Assembly (NCBI GenBank): GCA_030668825.1
Contig: DAOVET010000003.1
Location: 1-64,000, forward strand
Length of the DNA stretch: 64,000 nt
Origin: Candidatus Heimdallarchaeota archaeon
GTDB taxonomy: Archaea; Asgardarchaeota; Heimdallarchaeia; Heimdallarchaeales; Heimdallarchaeaceae
Direction of reading: 5' to 3'
Within the stretch, counting starts at the first letter, position 1; each line of letters begins with the position of its first letter. The notes beneath the pieces were generated by a model that was not told the DNA's origin, ran no database searches, and saw only the letters and a program-made list of their open reading frames with translations. Of the stretch, positions 8,841-19,894 are shown one piece after another. The translations under genes were made by a program, and so were the position numbers.

Positions 8841-10094
8841 TTAATCTTTTCTTCTTTTAGTTCGGTAGTAGAGTACAACTAATGGTAAAAACACAATTGC
8901 CATCAGAGAAGAAATAGAACCATATGAAGCTTCTTTGCTATCACCAACATATTTCACCAAGGTAAAATTAGTATTTTCATTTCCCCATTCATCAACAACT
9001 GCAATGGTAACATTATAATCCCGTTTCTCATCAATTGATAAACTAAATGTGTAATCCCAGGAGTTCAACATGGTTGCTCCATGACTTCCCCATGTTTTCA
9101 AATCTTCATCTACATAGCAATAATAGTTAAAATCTGATCTATCACTTAATCCAAAAATCACATCAACTGTTGCTTCATCGGTGTAGTATATTACATTCTG
9201 ACTATTGATGGTAGGTCCCTTTACATCATCTTCCCAGACATATTTCTCATGGTTTAGGATGAAATCTGTAGCGTTTAGGGTTAAACCATAATATAAGTTA
9301 TTTACAACTGTTGGCATGGGATAGTTCTCTGTGTACCCTGCTATTGATTCTATATATTCCACTAGATTAGGATATGCTTCAAATGTTTCATTATAACAAT
9401 TCCTGATCAGTGGTAATGAATACAAATGCATTTCATTTAGGCTTATTACACCATCAAGAGACGAATCAGCAGAAATATTTGTCATTGCTTTAGCCCAGAA
9501 ATGTGAGGATATACCTCCCGCAAAAGGAGGTTCGCTTAAAGACCATGTACCATTTTCTTCAGGGATAAAAGCGACTGCAAGTTCAAATGGGCTTACACTG
9601 CTCATTGCATAGCATTTCCCTGAAAAAAGTCTCACAAATTCTCCACCATAGCAAGATTCCATCAAATAAACCTTATTAGCTGTTCCAATTTGATTGAACT
9701 CTGCTTGAAACCAGCTATTGAAATCCAATACATCTCGACAATAAGTGTGACCATGAGCCGTGATGTAAATAAAAACCAAATCATTTTCATCAACTTCTTG
9801 TTCTAGGTAATTTAGTTGCTCAAGGAAAATTGTTTTTGTGAGATTTTCATCTCCTAGAAACAATGAAATGTTGTCATCAGACCATCCTATTTGAAGAAGA
9901 GAATCTTTCAATTCAATAGCTGATCCCATAAGTGTACCGTTTACTTCAACTCCAAATTGATCAAAAAGAACTGCATAGGTTTCAATTGGATTATCGAAAT
10001 CTTCAGTATTTAAGGAGTAAACCTGCGATTCACTAGAAAGCAGAGAGGAGAATATTACAAGAACTATGATAGTCTTTCGGAAAGCAACTTTCAT
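8841..10094 (-). CDS. Secreted, C-terminally anchored caspase-like (clan CD) peptidase
   Basis: Signal peptide; DLVFIYITAHG (His) and YLMESCYGG (Cys); ADSSLDGVISLNEM; beta-rich Ig-like domain; TM plus basic tail RTKRRKD. Confidence 0.8.
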   Translation of the reverse strand: MKVAFRKTIIVLVIFSSLLSSESQVYSLNTEDFDNPIETYAVLFDQFGVEVNGTLMGSAIELKDSLLQIGWSDDNISLFLGDENLTKTIFLEQLNYLEQEVDENDLVFIYITAHGHTYCRDVLDFNSWFQAEFNQIGTANKVYLMESCYGGEFVRLFSGKCYAMSSVSPFELAVAFIPEENGTWSLSEPPFAGGISSHFWAKAMTNISADSSLDGVISLNEMHLYSLPLIRNCYNETFEAYPNLVEYIESIAGYTENYPMPTVVNNLYYGLTLNATDFILNHEKYVWEDDVKGPTINSQNVIYYTDEATVDVIFGLSDRSDFNYYCYVDEDLKTWGSHGATMLNSWDYTFSLSIDEKRDYNVTIAVVDEWGNENTNFTLVKYVGDSKEASYGSISSLMAIVFLPLVVLYYRTKRRKD

Positions 10095-10133
10095 TATTCT
10101 TCAGCAACATTAAGCATTTATATTTATTCTGAC

Positions 10134-11318
10134 TTATAGCTTTAGTAATGATAGTTCTAATTGTCTATCAGAAAGAAACTCACAGCCATCTTCTGTTACT
10201 ATAACATCCTCTTCAACGCTGCAGTAACCATGATTTTCAACGTAAACATGGAGTTCTAAAGTAAATGCTTGCCCTTCTTCAACCTTGTACATTACAGATT
10301 TTCCGTATTTCTCCCATCTTGGACCCAACAGACATCCTCCATCATGCACGTTTCTTCCAATTTGATGTCCAAGTGCATGCATGAATTCTTGATATCCTGC
10401 ATCAGTAACCACTTTACGCGCAACACAGTCTACTTCCCAGCCTTGGACACCTGGTTTTAGTTTTTCTGCTCCAGCATTAATTGCCTTGATAACAGTTTCA
10501 AAAGCTCTTCTGACTTCTGTTGTAGGTATATCTTCACCATCTTGTAATACATAGTTCATTCTTTGGAGGTCTGATGCATATCCCTCATAAAAAACGCCGT
10601 AATCAACATTAATTAAATCCCCTTTCTTGATTTTAATATCGGAAGATGCTTTTCCATGGCCTATTGATGTAGATGGACCAACGTGGACTAGAGGAGGGTA
10701 AGAAACAGTTAGATTATTTTCTTTGGTAAATTTCAAGAGCATTTCTTCTATTTCTTCCTCAGACATACCAATTCTTGCTGTCTCACTAACTTTTTTGTGC
10801 CCTAATTCACTAAAATCAACAGCTTTTCTTATATTTTCTAGTTCCAGTTCTGTTTTTCTCCCCCTTAAAGCTGCAAGAAGATTCTCAGAAGAAATTAGTC
10901 TGTTAATATATTCTGTATCTTCTAGCATTTTGTTTAATCTAAGCCACATACCATGTGTTAATCCATCTGCGGCAATATTATCAAAAGAATAATTAATGGC
11001 TATGTTTTTTGGTTTAAGTTCGTTTAAAACTGCAAGTAGTTCTTCTTTTATGCTTTGATCATAACTTATGACTTTATCATAAATTCCTGATACCTCTATA
11101 TTCTGAGCATCATATCTTCCACAAATGACAATTTTTTGACCATTTTTACTAATAATGATAGCTGATTGCCAAGTTAACCAAGTATCTTCCAGAAGAAAAT
11201 ATAAGCTTGGATCATGAATTTCTGATGTTTTTCTAACATATGTCAACCACAAATCTATGCCTAATTCGTTTAAAATCTTGACGGCTTGATCTGTTTTTTG
11301 CTTAACTATACTCATCAA
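10134..11318 (-). CDS. Xaa-Pro aminopeptidase (M24 family)
   Basis: VDYG..YEGYASDLQR, HALGHQIGRNVHD, TLE, VEEDV metal ligands. Confidence 0.93.
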   Translation of the reverse strand: MMSIVKQKTDQAVKILNELGIDLWLTYVRKTSEIHDPSLYFLLEDTWLTWQSAIIISKNGQKIVICGRYDAQNIEVSGIYDKVISYDQSIKEELLAVLNELKPKNIAINYSFDNIAADGLTHGMWLRLNKMLEDTEYINRLISSENLLAALRGRKTELELENIRKAVDFSELGHKKVSETARIGMSEEEIEEMLLKFTKENNLTVSYPPLVHVGPSTSIGHGKASSDIKIKKGDLINVDYGVFYEGYASDLQRMNYVLQDGEDIPTTEVRRAFETVIKAINAGAEKLKPGVQGWEVDCVARKVVTDAGYQEFMHALGHQIGRNVHDGGCLLGPRWEKYGKSVMYKVEEGQAFTLELHVYVENHGYCSVEEDVIVTEDGCEFLSDRQLELSLLKL

Positions 11319-11502
11319 ACTGCTTTTTCTTCTTCTTCTTTATTTATTTTTTTACTACATCTAGGATTGCATCACATAAAGAATTCAAAAACAGTCTATT
11401 TTATGTTAGAAACAATTACCCCCATAAGAGAAAATTAAAGAAGGCTTAAATACATAATATTTTGTTAAATAATACCATAATTTATTACGTGTGAGATTGT
11501 CC

Positions 11503-12117
11503 ATGTCTAGGGAAGCAGTTGATAATTTTGATGAGGATGCAGATGTCAATTCTGTTAAAGTGGCATCAAAGATAAATATTTCAGAACGACAAAGACAAAC
11601 TCTCATTGAAGTTGTTGATGATATTGCGGGAGAAGAGGTAAGAAAAGTTACTTTAGTTCTGCTAAATGCAGATCAAGAAACTACAGATGAGGAGATTTCT
11701 GAAAAACTTGATATGCGTCTAAATCAGGTGAGAAAATCTCTCTATAAACTATATGATCTCCAACTTGCAACTTTTAGAAGGATTAGAGATAAGTCCACTG
11801 GGTGGTTTGTTTACTTTTGGACTTTGCATCCTGAAAGGATTGACGTGTTTGTTGATAGAAAGCAGCAAGAAGTTATGGAGAAACTACAAGAAAGATTAGC
11901 TTACGAAGAAGAAAATATGTTTTTTACATGCAATAATCCTGAATGCCCTAGAGTTATTTTTCAAGAAGCAATGGATAATAATTTTGAGTGTGAACATTGC
12001 GCAGGAAGATTGGAATCTTTTGATAATGAGCAGCTAAAACAAGTGTTAAGGGAAAAGATTACTGAAATGAAAGAGATAAGAGACAAAACTAGAAAAATAA
12101 TGAAAGGAGAAAAATAA
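11503..12117 (+). CDS. tfe: Transcription factor E alpha
   Basis: TDEEIS...LNQVRKSLYKLYD..L..FRR.RD..TGWFVYFW wHTH; Zn ribbon with FQEAM..NFEC..C; start refined to ATG 11503. Confidence 0.95.
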   Translation: MSREAVDNFDEDADVNSVKVASKINISERQRQTLIEVVDDIAGEEVRKVTLVLLNADQETTDEEISEKLDMRLNQVRKSLYKLYDLQLATFRRIRDKSTGWFVYFWTLHPERIDVFVDRKQQEVMEKLQERLAYEEENMFFTCNNPECPRVIFQEAMDNNFECEHCAGRLESFDNEQLKQVLREKITEMKEIRDKTRKIMKGEK

Positions 12118-12132
12118 TACATTCATTTCATT

Positions 12133-12813
12133 TTAGCTAAATCTCAACTGAATTGAATCACTTTCTAATTCTTTTATAGCATCTCTAGCAATCCATTTTG
12201 CACTTTTAGAATCTTTCTTCTGAATCTCCTTTGCTAATTCAATGGCTTTTTTGTTTAGGTTTAAGTTTCTTTTTCCAATTTGTCTCAAAGCCCAATTTAC
12301 TGCCTTTTTTACATTTTTTCTGTCATCAATTGATTCCTTCTCAATAAAAGGAAAGAATTGCAGCAATTTTTTATCATCTGCTTCTTTATCTTTCCAGGCA
12401 AAAACAGCAATTAGTGCAAATGCTGCTCGTTTTACAAATTCTTCTTTTCTACTACTCCACTCAGTGGCTTTTATGTATGCATAATCTGTCAGATAGAAAA
12501 GATTCATACAAGTCTGATCAACAATTTCCCAATATGTGAAATGCGGAGAAGAAACCCATTCTTCCATTTGAGTTTGTGTTACTTGTGAAGGATTATCAAT
12601 CATAGCACCCAGAATCATAGTCTCTCTATACCCAAAATCCCATAATTGTTGAGCAAGCTTGTGATTCTTTTTAATTTTCTTTGCCATTTTACGTAGAATT
12701 GGTATTCTTACTCCAAAAACCTTATCCGGATTTATACCAAACCTTATCATTCCTTCTACATTGGCTGAATTACTTTGAGATTTTAATTCATTCAATATCT
12801 CTTCAAGATTCAT
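12133..12813 (-). CDS. AlkD-like DNA alkylation repair protein (HEAT-like repeats)
   Basis: GVRIPILRKMAK, WEIVDQ, EFVKRAAF, VKKAVNWALRQIGK. Confidence 0.9.
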   Translation of the reverse strand: MNLEEILNELKSQSNSANVEGMIRFGINPDKVFGVRIPILRKMAKKIKKNHKLAQQLWDFGYRETMILGAMIDNPSQVTQTQMEEWVSSPHFTYWEIVDQTCMNLFYLTDYAYIKATEWSSRKEEFVKRAAFALIAVFAWKDKEADDKKLLQFFPFIEKESIDDRKNVKKAVNWALRQIGKRNLNLNKKAIELAKEIQKKDSKSAKWIARDAIKELESDSIQLRFS

Positions 12814-12933
12814 CGTAATCTAATACTAAATTAGTTTTGAGAATATAAATTTGTAATCCATATTTTTTTGAATAATCAATAAAGTTTATTTGATACTATT
12901 TTCATTTTAACAAGAATAAAAGGTGTTTCCATT

Positions 12934-13482
12934 ATGATTCCTAATTTAAAAAGAGCAAAAGACGAGGTTAAGAATGCTGGTTTAGATAACCTAGTAATTA
13001 AACTGGATCATGTTGCTTATCGAGTTAAAATGGGACAAAGAGAAAAAGCAATGAAAGAAATTGCAGACTTAGTACCCTATAAAGAGTATAAAACTTTCAA
13101 AGTTATTTCAATGAAGGCTACAACAAGCACACTTAAGCTTCATGATACGTTACCTGTAATAGTTGTAAGTGAAGGTTTAGCTGAAGATTCTATAGTTGAG
13201 AACTATGTAAAGAAATATGGAGGAAGAATACATCATCTTGCATATTTAGTACGTGACATAGAAAAAGTAGTAGAAATTCAAAAGAACAAAGGTGTAAAAT
13301 TTACTACAGATGATATAATTGGGAGTGAAGAAGAGGGAATTAAACAAATATTCACATTACCTACCGAAACAGCTAATCATATCATTGAATATATCCAGCG
13401 TTTTGGTGATTTTGATGGTTTCTTCACACCTTCAAACATAGGTGCTCTGATGAAATCAACTGAAAAATTAGGTGAAGCATGA
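12934..13482 (+). CDS. VOC/glyoxalase-fold protein resembling the C-terminal domain of 4-hydroxyphenylpyruvate dioxygenase
   Basis: LDHVAY, GGRIHHLAYLV.DI, KQIFT, IEYIQR.G.FDGF...N..ALM. Confidence 0.8.
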   Translation: MIPNLKRAKDEVKNAGLDNLVIKLDHVAYRVKMGQREKAMKEIADLVPYKEYKTFKVISMKATTSTLKLHDTLPVIVVSEGLAEDSIVENYVKKYGGRIHHLAYLVRDIEKVVEIQKNKGVKFTTDDIIGSEEEGIKQIFTLPTETANHIIEYIQRFGDFDGFFTPSNIGALMKSTEKLGEA

Positions 13483-13524
13483 AAATATCAAGAAAAGTTT
13501 ATTTTTTATTAATCTTCAAATAAA

Positions 13525-14046
13525 ATGATATACATGAAAAAGCTACAAGAAAGTCCAAACTCAGCTCTTTATCCAAATCCAGTAATGCTAGTATCAGCAA
13601 CACATAACAAGAAAGAATCTATTATCACTTTAGCTTGGGGGGGAACAAGTAGTTCTAATCCACCTTATGTTTCTATAGCAATTAGAAAAGCAAGATTTTC
13701 TTATAATCTAATAAAAAATTCTAAGGAATTTGTACTTAATATTCCTACATCAGAAATGCTTACTCAGGTGGAATTCTGTGGAACAAAATCTGGTAGAGAC
13801 TTCAATAAGTGGAAAGAATGCAATTTCACCAAAGGTAATAGTGTTGAGATTAATCCCCCTTACATAATTGAATGTCCAGTAAGTATGGAATGTAAATTAC
13901 ATCAAGTTATTGACCTTGGTACTCATGATTTGTTCATAGGAGAAGTAGTAGCAGTTCATCTGGATGAAGAATGGAAAGAAAAAGGATACCCAGATATGCT
14001 TACCTATACTAGAGGAAAATACAAAAAATGCATAGATATTAACTAA
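13525..14046 (+). CDS. Flavin reductase-like FMN-binding protein (flavoredoxin family)
   Basis: LYPNPV.LV, EFVLNIP, CGTKSGRD, IECPVSMEC, GTHDLFIGEV. Confidence 0.92.
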   Translation: MIYMKKLQESPNSALYPNPVMLVSATHNKKESIITLAWGGTSSSNPPYVSIAIRKARFSYNLIKNSKEFVLNIPTSEMLTQVEFCGTKSGRDFNKWKECNFTKGNSVEINPPYIIECPVSMECKLHQVIDLGTHDLFIGEVVAVHLDEEWKEKGYPDMLTYTRGKYKKCIDIN

Positions 14047-14053
14047 GAAGATA

Positions 14054-14130
14054 TGGTGGTCGGACTGGGATTTGAACCCAGGATCCTTTGCTCCCGAAGC
14101 AAAAATCTTACCAAACTAGACCACCCGACC
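14054..14130 (-). tRNA. tRNA-Pro(CGG), CCA encoded
   Basis: Reverse complement GGTCGGG...TTTGC-TTCGGGA-GCAAA...GTTCAAATC...TCCGACC-ACCA. Confidence 0.93.
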
Positions 14131-14252
14131 ATTCATACATTCCTTCTAATTTCTATTTACAAAAACCAAGTTAAAAAAATTCTGAAAGATAAATACTATA
14201 AGTTACATTTCAAATGAAAAATATGTGATTAGCAATTTAATGGTTGATTCTG

Positions 14253-15013
14253 ATGAGAATTTTAACAATAAGACCCAATTTACTCCGCTTATCTGATTAT
14301 GACAAAGAAGATATTTTTCTGGTAATTGACACGTTTAGAGCTACATCAACCCTAGCAGTTTTGGCTGAATCTGGTGTAGAAAATATCTTTATTGTTAAAA
14401 ATCAAGAAGAAGCAAGAATCTTACAAAAGCAATTATGTCCTGGCTGTTTATTGATAGGTGAAGAGAAAGGTTTGAAGATTAAAGGGTTTGATTATGGAAA
14501 TAGTCCTTCTTTTTTATATAAGAAGAACTTAGAAAATAAAAGTGTAGTTTTTCTTCAAGTAATGGCGCAAAAACACTAATATTGCTCAAGAACAAGAAGA
14601 ATGTTTTTCTCGGCGCTTCGGTAAATCTTCCAAGTATATCTAAAGAAGTAAGTAAATTAGCAGCAAAGGAAAAAAAGAATGTAATAATAATTCCTGCAGG
14701 CCATCAAGGGAATCCAAAAGAATATGTTTTGGAAGACTGGATTACTAGTGTTCTAATCGCTAGAAAAGTATCTGAATTAACTGAATTTCCAATTGTTACA
14801 CAAGATGATTTCTGGGATAAAACTATAGATGCGCTAGATGAAGAGAGTACTCTTGAAAAATTACTCATAAATTCGCCTAATGGAAGGTATTTAGCAGAGT
14901 TAGGATTTGAAAACGATGTGATTTTTTCTATTTCAGTTGACAAAATTGATAATTTTTTGAAAGTGAAAAAATGGCTGAAAATAGATGGTTATAATTGTGT
15001 AAAGTTAGAATAA
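14253..15013 (+). pseudogene. comB: 2-phosphosulfolactate phosphatase (ComB) family, split by a single-base frameshift near 14548-14552
   Basis: ORF1 has VIDTFRATST, GEEKG, FDYGNSP. The -1 frame continues (F)SSSNGAKTL (the conserved T/S-S-N-G motif) directly into ORF 14582-15013 (LEDW, G.YL..LGF..DV). May be a sequencing error. Confidence 0.75.
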
Positions 15014-15035
15014 AAGAAAGAAAAGGAAAAAAGAA

Positions 15036-16478
15036 CTATATGTTTATAGTATTGAAGTCTGTTTTCTTATCCCTTTTTGTAGGATGGAATTTATCAATAA
15101 CTTCAGATGGAATACGTTTTAGCACTCTGTAAGGATCATCAAAAATTCCTAATAATTCCCAACCAACATCTAATGATTCGAAAATTGATCTGTCCTCATA
15201 GTAATCTTGATTGATGAATTTTTGCTCAAAAAGTTCTGCAAATTCGAGAGTCTTCTTATCAATATCTGAAAGCGATTCATCTCCAACTACAGCAACAAGA
15301 TCTCTCAAATCTTTACCTGTAGCATAAAGTGCGTATAACTGATCTTGAACATACTTATGATCACTTCTTGTTGAACCCTTTCCAATTGTATCTTTCATTA
15401 GCCTAGAAAGTGAAGGTAATGGATTAATCGGTGGATACAATCCCTTTCTGTTTAATCCTATATCTACATACACTTGTCCTTCAGTAATGTATCCAGTTAA
15501 ATCTGGTACAGGATGGGTGATATCGTAGTTTGGTAATGTTAGAATTGGAATTTGGGTGATTGAACCTTTCCTACCATGTATTCTTCCCGCTCTCTCATAT
15601 ATTGTTGAGAAATCTGAGTACATATAACCGGGATAACCTCTTCTGCTAGGAACTTCGCTTCTTGCAGCAGCAACTTCACGAAGAGATTCTGCATATGCTG
15701 TTATATCAGTGAGAATTACGAGCACATGATAATCATGATCATATGCAAGATGTTCAGCTGCTGTTAAAGCAAGACGAGGTGTTAAGAGTCGTTCAATCGC
15801 AGGATCATCTGCTAAATTAAGGAAAAGAACAACTTTGTCCAAAGCACCAGTTTGTTCAAAATCATCTCTGAAGAATCTGGCTTCATCTGCTGTGATTCCC
15901 ATTGCACAAAAGATAACTGCAAAATCCTCTTTTGCCCCAAGAACCTTTGCTTGTCTAGCAATTTGAGCCGCTAACATATTATGTGGAAGACCACTCCCAC
16001 TGAATAATGGTAGTTTTTGTCCTCTTACTAGTGTCAATAATGTATCAATTGTACTAATGCCTGTTTCTATAAACTCTTTGGGGTACTGTCTAGCAGAAGG
16101 ATTTATTGGTGATCCAGTGATATCTAGAATTCTTTCTGGTACTATATCTCCTCCACCATCTATGGCTTCACCTCTACCATTGAATACTCTGCCAAGCATC
16201 TCAGCACTAACACCTATTTTCATGGTTTCTCCAAGAAATCTACATATGGTGTCTTTTGTTTCAAGACCGGAAGTACCTTCAAAACATTGAATAATTGCGA
16301 GATTCTTAGACACATCTAGAACTTGACCTCTTCTTTTTTCTCCTGTTGTGGTGATAATCTCAGCAATTTCGCCATAAGATACACCACCCATTCCTTGTAG
16401 ATCTACAAACATCAAAGGTCCTGAAACTTCAATGACTGTTTTAAATTCTCTAGTTTCATATTTTTCTTGGACTGTCAT
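15036..16478 (-). CDS. atpB: A/V-type ATP synthase subunit B
   Basis: [47 protein letters not shown]. Confidence 0.97.
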   Translation of the reverse strand: MTVQEKYETREFKTVIEVSGPLMFVDLQGMGGVSYGEIAEIITTTGEKRRGQVLDVSKNLAIIQCFEGTSGLETKDTICRFLGETMKIGVSAEMLGRVFNGRGEAIDGGGDIVPERILDITGSPINPSARQYPKEFIETGISTIDTLLTLVRGQKLPLFSGSGLPHNMLAAQIARQAKVLGAKEDFAVIFCAMGITADEARFFRDDFEQTGALDKVVLFLNLADDPAIERLLTPRLALTAAEHLAYDHDYHVLVILTDITAYAESLREVAAARSEVPSRRGYPGYMYSDFSTIYERAGRIHGRKGSITQIPILTLPNYDITHPVPDLTGYITEGQVYVDIGLNRKGLYPPINPLPSLSRLMKDTIGKGSTRSDHKYVQDQLYALYATGKDLRDLVAVVGDESLSDIDKKTLEFAELFEQKFINQDYYEDRSIFESLDVGWELLGIFDDPYRVLKRIPSEVIDKFHPTKRDKKTDFNTINI

Positions 16479-16480
16479 TA

Positions 16481-18271
16481 TTAATCCTCCACACCAAAGG
16501 CTTGAATTGTCAAGCCATCTATTTCTTTCATCAACTCGTTTAAGCTCGTTTCAATTTCACTTCTTTCAATGTACTTCATTCTTGCAATTCTAACAACTAA
16601 TTCGTGCTCAAAAATGTCTGACACAATTGCCCCTCGTTTGTAGAGGTCTTGAGCTTTTTCGTAAAATCGTAGAATTGTTTTCAACATAAGATATTGTTTC
16701 TCCAAGCTGCAGAAACTATCTATTTCATGAAATGCATTTTGCTGTAAGAAATCCTCCTTAAGCATTCTCGCTGTTTCAAGAATGATTTTTTCACTTGGAG
16801 GTAAAGCATCAGGTCCAACCAGAGCAACAATATCTTGCAACTCCTTATCCTTTTGGAGAAGTGCTAAAGCCTCTGCTCGTAATTCAGGGAATTCGGGACT
16901 AACATTTTCTGAATAATAATCTTCTAAAGCTGACCAATAAAGAGTATAACTTAGTAAGTAATCAATCGCAGGAAAATGTCTGCGGCTAGCTAAATCTTTC
17001 GAAAGTGCCCAGAATACTTTGACAATTCTTAGTGTGTTCTGTGTAACTGGTTCACTGAAATCTCCACCAGGAGGACTGACTGCGCCAACTACAGTAATAC
17101 TTGCTTCTCTTGGTTTAGAACCAATTGTTAAAACACGACCTGATCTTTCATAATATTCAGCGATTCTTGAAGCAAGATATGCTGGAAATGATTCTTCACC
17201 GGGCATTTCTTCTAAACGTCCCGAGATTTCTCTCATAGCTTCTGCCCATCTTGATGTGCTGTCAGCCATCATCGCCACATCGTAACCCATGTCACGGAAG
17301 AATTCTGCCAGTGTGATACCTGTATAAACACTAGCTTCTCGAGCAGCTACAGGCATATTGGATGTATTAGCAATAAGTACTGTACGGTCCATCAAAGGTC
17401 CTCCTGTATATGGATCCACCAGTTTTGGAAACTCTCTGAGGACATCAGTCATCTCATTTCCTCGCTCACCACAACCAACATAAACCACAATTTTAGCATC
17501 AGACCATTTTGCTAGTTGGTGTTGACTGACAGTTTTGCCTGTTCCAAACCCACCAGGAATCGCCCCTGTTCCACCCTTAGCTATAGGAGCTATTGTATCA
17601 AAGATTCTCTGTCCTGTTATTAAGGGAATATTAGAAGGTAATCTCTGATGATAGGGTCTCGGTTGTCTTACTGGCCATTTGTGATAGAATTGTAAATCAA
17701 CTTTGTCGCCTGTGGGGGTAACAACAGTTGCTGATAAATCATCTACAGTATAATCTCCTCTTTGTGCAATGAATTCTAATTTTCCTTGAATATTCGGAGG
17801 AACCATCAACTTGAAATCTACAGTTGGAGTTTCCGGTATTTCACCCAAAATATCTCCTCCAACAACCTTATCTCCTACTTTTAGACTAGGTGCAAAAGCC
17901 CATAATTTCTTGTGATCTAAACCAGATATTTCAATTCCTCTAGCAATAAAATCACCCGAGACTTCTCGAATTACGGGTAATGGTCTTTGAATTCCATCAA
18001 AAATTTGTCTCATCAAACCTGGTCCAAGTTCAACAGAAAGAGGCGCGTTTGTTAAATGGACTGGTTCTCCAGGAGTTAACCCCTCAGTATTTTCATAAAC
18101 TTGAATTGTTGCTAAATCACCAGTAAGTCTAATAATTTCTCCTACTAGCTTTTCCTCTCCTACTCTTGCTACATCATATAGCTTAGAGCCTAGCATATTA
18201 GAAGCTTGAACAACTGGTCCAGAGATTCTATAGATTAAACCGATTTGTTCAGTATTAGTAGTAGTCATCAT
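16481..18271 (-). CDS. atpA: A/V-type ATP synthase subunit A (no intein)
   Basis: [11 protein letters not shown]-loop, [30 protein letters not shown]. Confidence 0.97.
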   Translation of the reverse strand: MMTTTNTEQIGLIYRISGPVVQASNMLGSKLYDVARVGEEKLVGEIIRLTGDLATIQVYENTEGLTPGEPVHLTNAPLSVELGPGLMRQIFDGIQRPLPVIREVSGDFIARGIEISGLDHKKLWAFAPSLKVGDKVVGGDILGEIPETPTVDFKLMVPPNIQGKLEFIAQRGDYTVDDLSATVVTPTGDKVDLQFYHKWPVRQPRPYHQRLPSNIPLITGQRIFDTIAPIAKGGTGAIPGGFGTGKTVSQHQLAKWSDAKIVVYVGCGERGNEMTDVLREFPKLVDPYTGGPLMDRTVLIANTSNMPVAAREASVYTGITLAEFFRDMGYDVAMMADSTSRWAEAMREISGRLEEMPGEESFPAYLASRIAEYYERSGRVLTIGSKPREASITVVGAVSPPGGDFSEPVTQNTLRIVKVFWALSKDLASRRHFPAIDYLLSYTLYWSALEDYYSENVSPEFPELRAEALALLQKDKELQDIVALVGPDALPPSEKIILETARMLKEDFLQQNAFHEIDSFCSLEKQYLMLKTILRFYEKAQDLYKRGAIVSDIFEHELVVRIARMKYIERSEIETSLNELMKEIDGLTIQAFGVED

Positions 18272-18400
18272 TCATACTCTCTATTCGCTACCCAACTTAA
18301 TGATTTCTTTTTTTAAGTTTTGTTAAATATCTCTCTTTTTGCTGAATAAGTCTCCATACTCAAAAAAAGCGATAAAACTAGTAGTATAATCTTTCTAAGT

Positions 18401-19768
18401 TTATTGTTGATATTTTTGTATCGCTTGAGCAACCAACTTTAAGCTATCTTGCAATAAAATATCAACCTTTTCCTTGCTCTTGGCTTCCACAAAGATTCTG
18501 AAAATTGGTTCTGTTCCAGAAGGTCTTATCAGAATCCAACTGTCAGAAGATATGAGTTTGATACCATCAATTGAGATAACTTCATCAGCTTGAACATTAG
18601 TTTTGATATATTCCATTACTAGCTCCTTCAGATCATTCGAACATTTGATCTTTTCTTTAGCTTGATAATATTGAGGTAATTCAGATATTAAATCACTCAA
18701 GGTACTTTGGGATTCAGCTAAAATATTTGCCATCAAAGCTGCTGCCATCATTCCATCCCTAACACTTTGATGAGGTGCATAAAACAATCCTCCATTTTCC
18801 TCTCCTCCAAGAATGCAATTATCCGCAATCATTTTTCGGCTTACATAGATACATCCAACAGGTGTCCAAGTGACTGATCCACCAAGATCTTCTGCGATAT
18901 CAACAACTGCTGAAGAAGAACTAACGGGGGTAACAAATTGCTTGTTATCAGAATTTTGTAATATCCACCTTTCAAAAAGTGCAATTGATTTATCTCCAAA
19001 GTAGATTTTTCCCCTTTCATCCCCAAATATTGCACGATCTGCATCTCCATCATGTCCTACAGAAAAATCAGCTTTAACTTGATTAGCAACATACCCCATC
19101 ACTCGAAGTTTCCTTGGATCGGGTTCCACCCCTCTTCCTGGGAATTTGCCATCAAGCTGACAATTAACTGAAACAACTCTTATTCCAAGATTCCTTAATA
19201 CGTAAGGTGTAACTAAGCTTCCTACAGCATTTCCTCCATCAACAACAGCTGTAAGTTTCTTTTTTTGTATTAAATCAACATCTACAAACCCAATAATTTG
19301 GTTTATGTATTCAGGTATTAGATTCATTTTTGTTATGCTTTTCTTCGTCTCAGTTTTTCCATCTTGATAGGTTTCAGCTTCATAGGTCTCTTCTATTCCC
19401 TTCTGTTTTACTATGTCAATCTCTATTCCGTCTGAATCTATTACCTTGAGACCATTAAATTCTGGAGGATTGTGGCTAGCAGTTACCACTATACCAATAT
19501 CTGCGTGTAAATAGGGAACCGCAAACTGTACTAATGGAGTTGGTACTATTCCCAAATCTATAACTTCTATTCCTTGTGCTAAGAAACTGGAAATAACAAT
19601 TTCTTTGAGAGAAGGACTACTTAACCTCGAATCAGAACCAATCACCATTGTACCCTTATTTAGCATATACGAAGCAATGGCTGAACTTATTCTGGAAACA
19701 AAATCAGGAGTAATTAATTCACCCACTACACCTCTTATCCCGTTTGTGCCAAAATATTTTCTTTTCAT
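18401..19768 (-). CDS. Phosphohexomutase (phosphoglucosamine mutase / PMM-PGM family)
   Basis: FGTNGIRG, TASHNP, DGDADR, GGEENG, IRPSGTEP. Confidence 0.93.
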   Translation of the reverse strand: MKRKYFGTNGIRGVVGELITPDFVSRISSAIASYMLNKGTMVIGSDSRLSSPSLKEIVISSFLAQGIEVIDLGIVPTPLVQFAVPYLHADIGIVVTASHNPPEFNGLKVIDSDGIEIDIVKQKGIEETYEAETYQDGKTETKKSITKMNLIPEYINQIIGFVDVDLIQKKKLTAVVDGGNAVGSLVTPYVLRNLGIRVVSVNCQLDGKFPGRGVEPDPRKLRVMGYVANQVKADFSVGHDGDADRAIFGDERGKIYFGDKSIALFERWILQNSDNKQFVTPVSSSSAVVDIAEDLGGSVTWTPVGCIYVSRKMIADNCILGGEENGGLFYAPHQSVRDGMMAAALMANILAESQSTLSDLISELPQYYQAKEKIKCSNDLKELVMEYIKTNVQADEVISIDGIKLISSDSWILIRPSGTEPIFRIFVEAKSKEKVDILLQDSLKLVAQAIQKYQQ

Positions 19769-19894
19769 TAGTCATCTATTTGTGTGTCGGAATAAATCTT
19801 TTTCGTCATATCGTCATATCCTTTAAGATATCAAGGTGCAACAGAATCTTTTAAAAGAGTAATTTATGGTATTCATTTAACTGGACAATTTATC

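Noticed and set aside
8795-14053. Accessory-looking genes between tRNA-Leu and tRNA-Pro as a genomic island
   Set aside because: Contains core tfe, has no integrase or att duplication, and shows no visible compositional shift.
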